Below, piece after piece: positions 47,830 through 59,595 of a stretch of DNA of 64,000 nt. The notes beneath the pieces were generated by a model that was not told the origin of the DNA, searched no databases, and was given only the letters and a program-made list of their open reading frames with translations. Origin of the DNA: Amoebophrya sp. A120 (taxonomy: Eukaryota > Protista > Dinoflagellata); assembly GCA_905178155.1 (NCBI GenBank), contig CAJINV010000002.1, positions 2,291,216 through 2,355,215 of the forward strand, read 5' to 3'. Position 1 is the first letter of the stretch; each line of letters begins with the position of its first letter. A program made the position numbers and the translations under genes.

Positions 47830-50800
47830 TCACTTCTTCCCCCCTTTGTTCACGCTGCTCATCCTCGGTCCTTTCAAAGAACCAGGCACAGCAGCTCCCT
47901 CCCCCTTCACTCGTCCTTTCGCACCAGCTCCGCCTGTGCTGATCCTTGCCGGACCATCTTCTTCATCAATAGCGCTCATCATTGCCAAAGCACCCATCTT
48001 CCCCGCCGCGGGCGTCGCTGCCCGTGCGATTGACGGTCTGTCGCGCGGCTGTCCTGGTTTTTTCTCTACTTCCGGCTGTATCTTCAGCTCCCCTTGCGAT
48101 AATTGTTGAAAAGACACCACTTTCTTCGGCGTGGCGGTGGCCGCAGAGGGGCGCGGCTCTGGTCTGAAATTAGTTGGTGCAGAAGAGACCATGCCAGGGG
48201 AAAGCTTATCAAATGTAAAAATGTCTGGGTCTGGAAACTTGTGATGCTGGGTGGCATAGCATGAGGAGGCCACAAGTGCTGGCTCAGCATGACAAATTTC
48301 TGACCTTGTAGGTGTTGCCTATTCTGCATGACAAACTGCGTCTCCGTATGACAGAAAAAAGCGTCTCTTGGGCAATGTGCATGACAGATCTAAGAGTCAT
48401 GCCAGACAAGCATGACAAGCATGCAATCTTCCAGACCCAGACACTTTTGCATTTGATAAAGCTGTCGCTCAAACATTTGTCTAGCGGCCGTGAAGGAAGC
48501 GTTAGGTGGAGATTGGGAACGGGACCGGGCGGGACCTTTCTTGGCTGCTTGAGTTGCAGTTTCCGTTTCCGCGTGGTTCGAACTGCTGTTATTTATTCCT
48601 GCCTCCACCGGCAACACCGTCGCCCGAGTTGTTTTCCTTTCAGATTTTCGGGCAGCAGCTCCTCCTTCGCTCCTCCTCTCATTCTCACTCGACTGCTGGT
48701 CATTGGTAGAAGAGCTACCTGATTTATTGTTGCTTTTCGACGCCCTTCCGGATTTCGAGGACTTCCGCATCCTGCTTTCAATTTTTGCCTTTGCACTCGC
48801 TCTGATGTTCGTCGACTTCCGCCCCGAAGAACTAACGCTTTTGTTCAACTTCTTTGGGTTGTCCCCGTATTTCTGCGCAATCTCCGCCATTTTGTCTAAT
48901 TCCGTTTTGTTGTCGAAGACCGTCTCGTTCGCCTGAAAAGTGTCGGCAGCGGTTATGGAGTTTTTGACATCACTTTGCTCTGGTTGACTCGTCACTATCG
49001 CGGTTTGCCTTTCGATCGCGGTTTTTCGTGGCTCCAGCACCGTTTGCCTTTCGGCGGCTGATTGTATTGTGGCAGCACCAGCGGAAACATCTTTCGTCTC
49101 CAACGCGCTGGCCCGCGCCGCGGCGGCTTTCGCTTCACTCTCCCTTTCGATGCGGGTCACGGCTTTCGGGACCATCTGATTCGTCACGGTGGTTGCGGAT
49201 GGGAAAAGAACAGTGTCAGGCTTCACCTTCTTCGGCATCGTACCTAGTTTCCCGTGCGCCTGCGTGAATTCGGCGGACGCACCGACTTCTCTCGACTTCC
49301 TGGCGACATTTACGTCGACCGCCCCCGCTTTGATGGGCTGTTTCAAGCTGTTCAAGTTCGCCCCGTCAACCGCAGAGGATGAATCCACGTGGGACAAAAC
49401 CTCAACTGTGTGCCGTTCTTGTGGTCTAAACTCCGGAAACGTGGCGGAAATGTTTCTCTTGTGGCTACTATGTGTGGAAATCACCACTTTTTTCAAAGAC
49501 TGCTCATCCACAGACGCGACAGACTCATTCCCTTCGGACCTAACACTGCTATCCCTCTGCGCAGCGGATTTCCGGGCACGGGTCCTGGCGGAATGATGAT
49601 CTACTCTTGGGTCGTGCTTAGTGTTGTTTTCGGTGGAAGTCGTGCCTGATGTTGCGCGAATAATTTTCGTCGTACTGTCGTGTCCCTTTTCCCTATCCCT
49701 GGAAGTAGAATTTTTCTTCAAATTCTTCTCCGAAGTCAATTCCAAGGTTTTCGATAAGTGATCCAAGCCCTCAAAAAACACCGTTCGGAAAACGTCCTTT
49801 TCCAAATCGAGCGTTTTATTCTTGCTACCCGGTAGAGTCTCAATCTCTTCGTTCTGCAGTAACTTCGCGAGTAGCTGCATGGCGGACAGGTTTTTCAAAT
49901 TGTAATCCCCAGACAAATCCAGGAAATTTCCGGATTTGAACTCATGCAATTTCTGGTCAAATTTGTTGAAGTTTTTCGGGTTGCGACGGATGAGGTAGGC
50001 GTCGTCCGGGTCGGAAGGCTTGTTGGGGTCGTCAACATGCTGTCCGGCTTCGTCTGGTTGCCTAACGCTATCTCCCTGTAGTTGTACTTCGCTCTGGTCA
50101 ACCACGACAGAAGCCTGACCGACGCTCGCATTCACCCGTTGGAACTGATTTGTAGCTCCCATGCCCGCATCTCCTGCCGCTGCTCTATTCGGTGGAAACA
50201 GCTCATTCGCGATCATTTTCTTGTACATCGGGGAGTTCTGCCAGTCTTCCGGTAGGAATTCATTTTGGTTATTCGTCGGCATATTGTTGTTTAGCATGAT
50301 TCCTCCCTGTCCTATCACATCCGCGGTCTTCCGCTGCTCCTGCTTCCCGCTTCTGTTGTCGATCATGATCGGCGCTTTCTCCTCCATGTTTTTGTTCAGG
50401 AATAAAGACCAGGGGACGAAGAGCACACGATATTTCTCTTCGTCGAGGTTTTTCAAATCGGAAGCTTTGATTGTCGCGCCAGCTTTTTCGGAAAGTAGCG
50501 CCACCGCCGGGACGACGTCCGGGATGAGTTTGGGACTACTTGGATCATTGTCATCCAGCACGGAGTCCTGCCCTTTCGCGAAGTATTGAAACTGCTCTTC
50601 CTCATCTTTATCCACGACGATCGGGACTAGAGTTGTCGCGCTCATATGTTCATCTGGTACTACCGCTGTTGCAGCTGCGCCGCCAGCTACTGCACTTCCA
50701 CCGCGGCCCGTAGTCGCATAGTTCATCAAGCTGCTCCGCGTGAAATCTTGCAACTGCACATTATTACTCCCCGTCTGTACCACTACCTTCCCATGCGTAT

Positions 50801-53800
50801 TTGCGTTGTAGATCCCGAAGCCGAACTGACTACCCAGTTCATACCGCACCTCCTCCAGCCTCTTCGTGAATTCCAACACCGACCCGGCCTCGCAAACGCA
50901 CAACATCCGTAAAGTATCTGGTAGTTCCGTGAAATTCGCCTGCATGGCCCAAAACCCGTGTTCCTCCGCCTCAATGCAGTTGTGCTCTTGATCATCTATC
51001 AATATCGATTCGATCAAATTGTACACCCGAAACTGCTCTTTCTCCTCAATCAGCAGCTTCATGCGCTTCCCTTTATTCATGGAAAAGGGGAAGGAATCTC
51101 CACCGCAAATTTGGTCGAAGAGAGAAAGTAAATAGTTCTTCCGCAGAACCTCCGTAACGAATTCCGTGTAATTTCCCGACAGCAAAACTATCACATACTC
51201 CTGCTTCAACACCGCCAAAGACTCTCTGATGTACTGGATCCGGTGGGAATTCCCCAGGTTCGTGACATTTTTCGTCGCCGTCATCCCGTGGCCACTCTCG
51301 TTGTTCGTCGTGTAATTCGCAAGGCAATTGTCGAAGTCGACACAGAGGAGTTTCGACTTCTGCTTGCTGTATCCACGGAATAAGCGGTCACCGCTTGTTC
51401 CACCGGTTGCAGTCGTATACAGGTTCTTAAAAGACCCGGACTGGGCTAATTCCCTCGTTGTTTGTAAAAATCTCCGTTCATTCGCCGCGACGTTCTTCCT
51501 CAATTCCCGGAGCTCGTGTAAGTGCGATTTGTCCGCCTCGGTTAAATTTAGCAAGTTGTCACTGTCGGTTGTGGACGTAACCGCGGCCAAGGCGTTGTGA
51601 CTTGTGAAATCCTGGAGATTATCTGCAGCCAGCAGATTGTTTGCATTCTTCCCTTCCCGCCCAGCGGACTTCTTCCCGATAGTAGTCGTCCCTCTCGGTG
51701 TCGTCATCACGTATTCCCCCTGAATGCTGTACCGGTTGCGTTTTTTCGATTTCTTCGGCTCTAGGCCCTCTTTCAGGTTTAGCTGCTTTTTAGTTGCTGT
51801 CGTACTGTTCCGGGAAAGCGCGATGTTCATCCCAGAAGCGGTTGAAAAGCGTTGATCCTCTCCGGGTAAAGCCAAGTCTGCTGCAAGGTTGTAGCTATTC
51901 CGGTTATTCAGCAAAGCCGCCATGGCTCCCCGCCGGACTTGCTGCTGCTTTTCCTGGAAAACCTGGGTTGGTAACCGCGCGGGCGCATTTGATCTAGTTG
52001 TTCCATCTGCACTGGTACTATCCCTTTGGTATTGCATCGGATTGTAGTCTTTGTCATAGACAGACGCTTTTCTCTTCAACCGTTCTAATTCCTCCCTTGC
52101 GATGATAACCACATCCGCCGGGAGAACCGATGTGTTCGCCGCTTGTCCTCCTGTGACGTTCGCATTCGTCGAAATGGATTTTTTCGTCCTGCGAGCACGA
52201 AGCGGACTAGTGGTTGTTGTGTCCGCACCAGCAAGAACCGCGGACGAGCTACTATCCGCACCAATCGCATTTACATCATTGACCGGCGCGCCGGTAAGCT
52301 GCTGCTTTTGGTTTTGTTGCTGCTGACTCTTCGTTGCAAAAGAGTTATTTCCAAACACACTCGCTTGCACCTGCTGCCTCAACATCCTCGCCCGTTGCTG
52401 GTCGGTCATGCCGTTATCCGTTAAGTCTAACGCGTTCAAGGCGATTTGGTTCACTTCTTTCGTCTCTTCCAGTCTTTCCAGCGTCTCTCGAGAATCGGAT
52501 AAGCCTGAACTATCGCCGAGACTTGGCTTTCGTTTCTTTTTACTGGCTCTCGGCCGCATCTGTGGCTGGACAAGCGGCTGCTGGTTGAATTCGCTCTCCG
52601 GATCCAGTTTTTCCCGGATCTCGGTCGGTCGCTGGGGTTTGATGCGCTGCAAAGAAGGGGGCTGATCGGCGGTTGATGTCGGTGTTGCAGCCACTGTACT
52701 AGAAGACTTCTTCTTGCGCTGCGCTTTAGATTCTGGTGCTACTTCTTGCCGTCTTTCGTCGGAGCTGGAAATGATTTGTGTCGTCACATTGCTAGCGGAC
52801 AACGCGGACTGAGATTTTCTCGACGACCGCCGAACCAGGGAACTCGTGGTGTCGGCGACAATTGATGCAGAAGTCCTATTTCTTGTCCCTCGATTAGAAT
52901 CCTCCTCCTTCTGCTCCAAAGTCGACGACTTGCTCTCCGCAGAAGATTGCAACGGTGCGCCACCGAAACCGGTATTGTCGTCCGCTAGGATGACACCAGG
53001 AGCAGCACTTTTCCTTGATTTCCTAGAGGGAGGCTGGAATTGCACTGGAGAACCAGCTTGTAGTTGAGAAGCTCGTCCTGGTGCTGGCCCCCCGTTCTCC
53101 TGCGATATCCGTTTCATGAACTCCTGCTCCACCTGCTGGACATCGGGCGCGAGATGAGCGTTGTCCCAATTATACTCTTCAACCGGGCCGTAGTCTCTAT
53201 CCAAAATCTCGACCTGATTGTAGTCTTTACCCAAAATCTCGATCCCGTTGTCTTCCTGAACATTCTTGCTTGATCGTCCCATCTCCATCTGCTTTTCCTT
53301 CCGGCTCAATCTTTGACTCAATTCGTTGATCCTTTCCTGGTCCGCGATAGTCAACTGTGAATCTCGAGAGTCAACAGCGGCTGAATCTCTCGGCAACAGT
53401 ACAACGGAGGTTGTTGATGCTGTTGGCAGCTCCCTAGTACTTGTTCCACGTGGCATCAGACTTTCCCCGGACGCGCGACTGATCAACGCAATCGAGCCCT
53501 CGGTTTGGGGGATGAAGTTTGACCCGCGGATGCCGGTTTTGGTTTGCCGGGAGGGGTTGATGGATGGACGTGGACCACGCTTTAAAGCAGATTTTTTCGA
53601 CGTTCCGGAGAAGGAGAAATTGCTGTTATCTCCCACATCGGAAGAAATAACGTCATCTACGCTCGTTCTTCGCACCGACGTGGTTCCGCGGTAGAGGTTG
53701 ACAGACCCGGTTGCTCTGTTCGTTCCTTGTTGGATCGTATCGTGATTGTCGTCTTCGAAACTAGAGCTGAGGGCGAGCTTGATCGCCTGGTCACGGTCAC

Positions 53801-53984
53801 TGTCCCTGTCGGAAGCATTTGCATTTCCGGCTGATATTATCGCATTGTCGGCCATGCTGTTTGCATTTGCTTCTCCCTCAGGTTGTCTCATGCTTCTTCC
53901 GGATGAAGATGTTGTTGATTTATTAGGCGCTTTGTTCCTCTTCTCCTCCTTCTCCTTCGCCTTGCGCAGCGAGTGGCGGAGCAT
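47830..53984 (-). CDS. ~1965-aa largely disordered protein with a central HAD-superfamily phosphatase domain, 2 exons
   Basis: HAD motifs LLCVDFDNCL (I), VIVLLSGN (II), NKGK (III), ILIDDQEHN (IV) at ~50930-51360; ORFs join as ERQL-SPGM. Confidence 0.85.
48207..48458. mobile_element. Introner, family A subfamily
   Basis: Family A TIRs; perfect TSD AAGCT. Confidence 0.95.
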
Positions 53985-55070
53985 GGTCGCTTAGGTGATA
54001 AGGACGCGGCTCTGCCAAAAAGAAGGCTTTTTTCAGAATAGGAGAAAGATTTTTTCTGCTGCCACGCACCTGTGCCTTTTCCTACACACGTGGAACTTAT
54101 CGCTGAGATGCATTCGTAGCAAAGAACAGGCGAATAAAGCCGATACATTCAAGGGGAACGGGGGATAGGTTTGTCGAATTCAAAACATTTTCGTTGTCAT
54201 ATGAACACGTGGGGGGGAGGCATGGCATGCTAGTTGGGGTACAAATTTGAAATCATCGGGGCTGTGCTTTTTTGTTGAGAGTGAAAAAAGTTGATTAATA
54301 CACGAGGAGTACGAAGGTAAAGTTACGGCCTCGAGAAGTGAATTTCAGTATCAGTACTCTATTCGAATACATTCTTGTACGAAGCCACAGTGGCCTATGT
54401 TGGTAAGTATGAACGAAATTAATGATCCGACGTGACAGTGAGGACGACTACGACGTACCGACAGGAGCACGATGGTTGGACATCAAGCACGAACCGACAA
54501 GTCATCTTCCAAGCTGTACTTGCAATGAAAGGAACGGCAGACCGAAATCTTTACTTGGAGCCCTAGTACCATCACAGACAGTAGTAGAGGCACGAAAACC
54601 GAGACGTTTCTTTTAGCAGAAAAAGATATCCTTCAGAAAATCTGCTGCGCGAACGATGCACAGTCGCACCGGCTGGTGGACAACTGGAGGTGTTCTTAAT
54701 CTCTGCTCGGATGGATAGGGTAGCGCTTTATTTCGGAGGTTGTCAATGTGAATTCAACGAATCATGCTGGGTAAAAATTTGTTGAAATCTTCTTCGTCGC
54801 AAATTCGTAGGTAGAAGTACTCATCGAGATATTCGAGTTGTCCACCTTTTCATCGCCTAGCCACGAAGCAGCAACCAACACATCAAACTCCGACGGCTCA
54901 GAATCTAACGTGCAGCTTCAGATAAGCATGAGTAGCTTCCCGTTTAAAAAAATCTTCGTTCTCCTCCCTGTTTTGAAAATCCGCAAGGTTGTTGAAACAA
55001 ACACCACACGCACTTAATCCTGCTCGTGAATCGCGGTCAAGTGGTCGTCAATTTCCGCCGCGGAGAGCAA

Positions 55071-55278
55071 TATCCAAGAAAAAAACTGTGTCAATGTAGG
55101 TGTCTTGGGGTAACGGCATGACAAATCTGTTCTGCATGACAGACAAAGCCTGTCATGCGCAGCTGGTAAGTGAAAACACAAATGAAATAGGACTCAATGG
55201 CTGGCTAGCATGACAAGTGTAACAGTGTTGCATGCTTTGCATCACAGACTTCCACTTACACAGTTTTTTTCTTGCATA
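55071..55278. mobile_element. Introner, family E (duplicate of 57263-57470)
   Basis: TATCCAAGAAAAAAACTGTGT...ACACAGTTTTTTTCTTGCATA; flanks AGCAA/AGCAG. Confidence 0.93.
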
Positions 55279-55348
55279 AGCAGGCGGAAGGGTTCGTTTT
55301 CCGACACCACCCCAACCTCCAAATCCTGGGCCTTCAAATCCTGCGCGA

Positions 55349-55498
55349 TATGCACTGCAAAAGCATCGCACTAGTAAAAATTGCATTACAAATTAGCCCA
55401 GCAATACAAATTAAATTTGTAGTGCTGATTTACCTTGAGAAAGAGATTTGTAATGCATAAATGCAATTACTACGAGTACGATACCTTTGCACAGGATA
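55349..55498. mobile_element. Introner, family B (duplicate of 57541-57693)
   Basis: Family B TIRs; flanks CGCGA/CGCTA. Confidence 0.93.
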
Positions 55499-55670
55499 CG
55501 CTAAGACCTGGCACAAAACGTCCATGCACTTCCTAATCGTCTGCTCCTTCGTCAAAGTCGTTTCGTGCGGGTTTGTACTGGACTCGGCGTTCTTCACGAC
55601 CTTCTCCAAAGCGTTCATGCCCTCCTGATCCTTTGGTCCGGTGGCCAGCGCCTTCCACCCAAAGTAGTGC

Positions 55671-56048
55671 TATGAACTGCAAAAGTATCGTACTCGTAGT
55701 ATTGCAATACAAATTGGCTCAGCATGACACATGAAATTTGTCATGCTGATTTAGCTTGAAAGAGAAATTTGTAATGCGTAACGCCAACCTCCAAATCCTG
55801 GGCCTTCAAATCCTGCGCCAAGATCCTGCATGACCCACGATGCCTGTAGTGCATGACTTAGCATCACAGATTTTTGGAAGACTTCCTGATGCCTATTCCG
55901 CATGACAAATGCCCTCTCCGCGTAGCACAATCTGGGCTCCTCTTGCTGGTCATGCTGCAATACAGATTTTCATTTTTTTAGAATCCAAAGACAGCATGAC
56001 AAGTTTGGATCCTTCCTGACGCTGACCCAGACATATTTGCAATGCATA
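55671..56048. mobile_element. Chimeric introner at the duplication breakpoint (B left arm + captured exon piece + A right arm)
   Basis: Family B sequence 55671-55780, proteasome exon piece 55781-55823, family A sequence ~55825-56048; flanks AGTGC/TTATC do not match. Confidence 0.85.
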
Positions 56049-56203
56049 TTATCGTCTTCGAAACTAGAGTTCCTCGCGAGCTGGTCACTGTCGGAAGCAT
56101 TCCTCGCGAGCTTGATCGGTTGGTCACTGTCGGAAGCATTTGCTTTGTTATTGTTTCTCTTCTCCTCCTTCTCCTTCGCCTTGCGCAGCGAGTGGCGAAG
56201 CAT
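56049..56203 (-). pseudogene. Orphan 5' fragment of the HAD-domain gene
   Basis: MLRHSLRKAKEKEEKRN...SSFEDDN matches the start of the 53984 gene, with a deletion and a short internal tandem repeat (56071-56139). Confidence 0.85.
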
Positions 56204-57205
56204 GGTCGCTTAAGTGACAGGACGCTGTCGCGACGATAAGACGCCTTTTTGCTTTTCAGAATAGGAGAAGGACTGCTGCTGCAGTTACGCGCCGGCAATG
56301 CCCTGCGCTACACACGGGTAACTCGTCGCGGATATGCATCGGAAAAGAGTAGGCGGAAGCTGCCCGATACATTTAAGTAAATTAGGGGGAGCGGGGGATA
56401 GTTTTTTCGAATTCAAAACATGCTCGTAGTCATACGAAAACATGGGGGGATATGGCATGCTAGTTGGGGTACAAATTTTAACTGGTCGGGGCTGTTTTTT
56501 TCGTTGCATGTGAAAAAAATATGTGGTGGTCAAAGTATTGAAACTTCAGTACATACTCTATTCACCTGCATTCTTGCACGAAGACCACGCCGCAGCCTAT
56601 GATGGGCAATGTCCTGAACGAAATCATCCGACGCGAAGGAGAGAACGATATACCGAGGAAGGTGAGGTTGCCGATGCAAGAGATTCAAAACATAAAGCAC
56701 GAACCGAAAAGTCAGCTTCCAAGCTGTCCTTGCAATGGACGGAACGGCACACCGAGATTTGATTTTCACGTCAAGTGCCAAGATGATCGAAAGTACAGAC
56801 ACTAAAAATACCGAGCAGACGCTTCTTTTTTTTACCGAAAAAAGGAATCTTTATAGACAAACAGCATGCGCGTGCGTTGCACAGTCGCACCGGCTGGTGG
56901 ACACTTGCTCGCATGGATCATTGGGGAGCGCTTTTCGGAAATCAATGTGAATGTAACAAATGGTGGGTAAAAATTTGTTGAAATCTTCCTCGTCGCAAAT
57001 TCGCAGGTAGTACTATCGAAATATTCAAGTTGTCCTCCTTTTCATCGCCTAGCCACGAAGCAGCAACCAACACATCAAACTCCGACGGCTCAGAATCTAA
57101 CGTGCAGCTTCAGATAAGCATGAGTAGCTTCCCGTTTAAAAAAATCTTCGTTCTCCTCCCTGTTTTGAAAATCCGCAAGGTTGTTGAAACAAACACCACA
57201 CGCAC

Positions 57206-59595
57206 TTAATCCTGCTCGTGAATCGCGGTCAAGTGGTCGTCAATTTCCGCCGCGGAGAGCAATATCCAAGAAAAAAACTGTGTCAATGTAGGTGTCTTGG
57301 GGTAACGGCATGACAAATCTGTTCTGCATGACAGACAAAGCCTGTCATGCGCAGCTGGTAAGTGAAAACACAAATGAAATAGGACTCAATGGCTGGCTAG
57401 CATGACAAGTGTAACAGTGTTGCATGCTTTGCATCACAGACTTCCACTTACACAGTTTTTTTCTTGCATAAGCAAGCGGAAGGGGTCGTTTTCCGACACC
57501 ACCCCAACCTCCAAATCCTGGGCCTTCAAATCCTGCGCGATATGCACTGCAAAAGCATCGTCCTAGTAAAAATTGCATTACAAATTATCCCAGCAATACA
57601 AATTAAATTTGTCATGCTGATTTACCTTGAGAAAGAGATTTGTAATGCATAAATGCAATTTTTACTACGAGTACGATACCTTTGCACAGGATACGCTAAG
57701 ACCTGGCACAAAACGTCCATGCACTTCCTAATCGTCTGCTCCTTCGTCAAAGTCGTTTCGTTATGCGTTGCAAATATGTCTGGGTCTGGAAGGATGGAAC
57801 TTGTGATGCGTCCTCTGGATCACACAAAAATCTGTCTTGCGTGATCAACATCAAAAGACGCCCTTTTCTGACCACCAGGAGAGGGAGTTTCTCATGGAGA
57901 TCAGGCATGATAGAGACCTCGCAGCGTCTGTCATGCTATGGCCTGCATAGCAGACCCCATGGGCAGGGGAAACCTGCATGACAAGTTTACATTCTTCCAG
58001 ACCCACCAGACATATTTGCATTCCATATTCGTGCGGGTTTGTACTGGACTCTGCGTTCTTCACGACCTTCTCCAAAGCGTTCATGTATTACGATGAAAAA
58101 TGCCCCCAACCCGGAATTTGCAGAAGTTTGTCATGCAAAGTTTCCAAATGAAAGTTTTTTATCTTGCATAAAAGGATTGCGAGCGTTTCTGATGCAGAAT
58201 CTGGGTGCGCAAGGTGCCTTGCGCATAACAGATCCGGCTGCTGTTGGGCTACTTCGCAACACAAATTTGACCTATTCAGCATGGCAAATTTGTGATGCTG
58301 AGATATGCAAGACGGGGAATGTTTCTGTTGGAAAGGTTTGCAATACAAATGCTGCCAAGCTGGGGGTGGGGGCATTTTTCATTGTAATATCATGCCCTCC
58401 TGATCCTTCGGTCCGGTTGCCAACGCCTTCCACCCAAAGTAGTGCCCGGACGGGTCGATCTTCCACCTGATAGTTTCAACGCGATTTATGCTTGCAATAT
58501 GAACGTTTGTTTGTTATGCAAGCGTTGCATGAGCAGTCAGGAATAGAGTCAACAATGCTGGATTCTCTATCATGCGAAAATCAAAGAGAAAATCTAATAC
58601 AATTGCGGTCCCTTCTCATCATCCACGCCCAACAGGTGAATCACGGTTCCCAACGGCCTCACCCCGGCGTGCTGCGTGAAAATCTGGGCTTTCTTCCCAA
58701 CCTTCGAAGCCAGAAAGTGCACCGGGATCTCGTACCCTATCCTGAGTAAAAACGTCCCCACCCCATAGTTGTCATGCAGCTTTGCAATCACAGGAAGATC
58801 TGTAATGCGCATCCCGATGAGAAGCATTTCCAATCGCGTTTTGGACTTTGTGATGCAGTAAACCGGATGAGCAGATGGCTTTGTGATGCGGCTGCACCTG
58901 CTGAAGTGCACTACAATACAGAGAGGAACTTGTCATGCGTGATTCCCAAAACTTCTCGACCTGTGTTGCGAGATCCCCATCTTGACTCTGGGGTGGGGAC
59001 GTTTTTGCCCAGGATATACCCGTTCTGGTCCTTAAATTTCGCTGCGATCTGGCGGGTATCAAATGCAAATATGTCTGGGTCTGGGAGGATGCAACTTGTC
59101 ATGCTATCTTTGGACTCTACATAAAACCTGTAATGCATGAACAGCAAAAGAGGTCCAGTTTTTGCCACGCGAAGGCGACATTTCTCATGCGGTATGAGCA
59201 TCAGAAAAGTCTCGACGCAGAATGTGTGATGCTCGGGCACGCGTCACAGACTCCATGGGTCATGGAAAATGTGCATGACAAACTTGGTCCTTTTCCAGAC
59301 CCAGACATATTTGCAATGCATAGCGGGCCTGGGTGATAACCACCTTGCAGTCCGGAACGGAACCGATGGCCAAGCAGCCGATGTTGGGGGTAATGTTGTA
59401 CATGTTGGTGATGCAGGAAGGATCGAGCAATTTGTCCGGAACCTTCCGCTGCGCTACCGTGCACACCGTGTCCTTCCCCCGGAGGCAGATCCCGAGAATA
59501 CCCTGGTTCTGGATGGATTTCAACGCGTACTCAATCTGATACAACTTCCCCTCCGGGGAGAAAATTGTGATCTGCCGGTCGTGGTTGCGAGACAT
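57206..59595 (-). CDS. PSMA6: 20S proteasome subunit alpha-1 (alpha type 6), 249 aa, 8 exons
   Basis: HDRQITIFSPEGKLYQIEYA, QRKVPDKLLD, FTQHAGVRPLG, KIDPSGHYFGWKA. Six introners plus GT-AG intron 58467-58600; spliced 750 nt. Confidence 0.96.
57263..57470. mobile_element. Introner, family E
   Basis: Perfect TSD AGCAA. Confidence 0.93.
57541..57693. mobile_element. Introner, family B
   Basis: Family B TIRs; flanks CGCGA/CGCTA. Confidence 0.93.
57762..58027. mobile_element. Introner, family A; absent from the duplicate copy
   Basis: Perfect TSD TTCGT; single TTCGT at 55562-55566. Confidence 0.95.
58086..58389. mobile_element. Introner, family F (C-related TIR); absent from the duplicate copy
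   Basis: TATTACGATGAAAAATGCCCCCAACCC...GGGGTGGGGGCATTTTTCATTGTAATA; perfect TSD TCATG; single TCATG at 55615-55619. Confidence 0.95.
58738..59016. mobile_element. Introner, family C (opposite orientation to 24938-25216)
   Basis: Family C TIRs; perfect TSD TACCC. Confidence 0.95.
59057..59322. mobile_element. Introner, family A
   Basis: Family A TIRs; perfect TSD GCGGG. Confidence 0.95.

Larger units (their letters stand above)
53746..55670. repeat. Tandem segmental duplication, copy 1 (HAD gene 5' end + intergenic + proteasome alpha-1 3' end)
   Basis: Collinear with 56049-58445; offset 2192 nt in the near-identical part. Confidence 0.92.
55014..55670 (-). pseudogene. Orphan 3' half of the proteasome alpha-1 gene
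   Basis: HYFGWKALATGPKDQEGMNALEKV...EIDDHLTAIHEQD*; no 5' exons. Confidence 0.85.
56049..58445. repeat. Tandem segmental duplication, copy 2
   Basis: Collinear with 53746-55670; longer because of two extra introners. Confidence 0.92.

Noticed and set aside
55014-56203. Functional HAD-PSMA6 fusion gene
   Set aside because: In the inferred splice register the join is out of frame and soon meets a stop codon.
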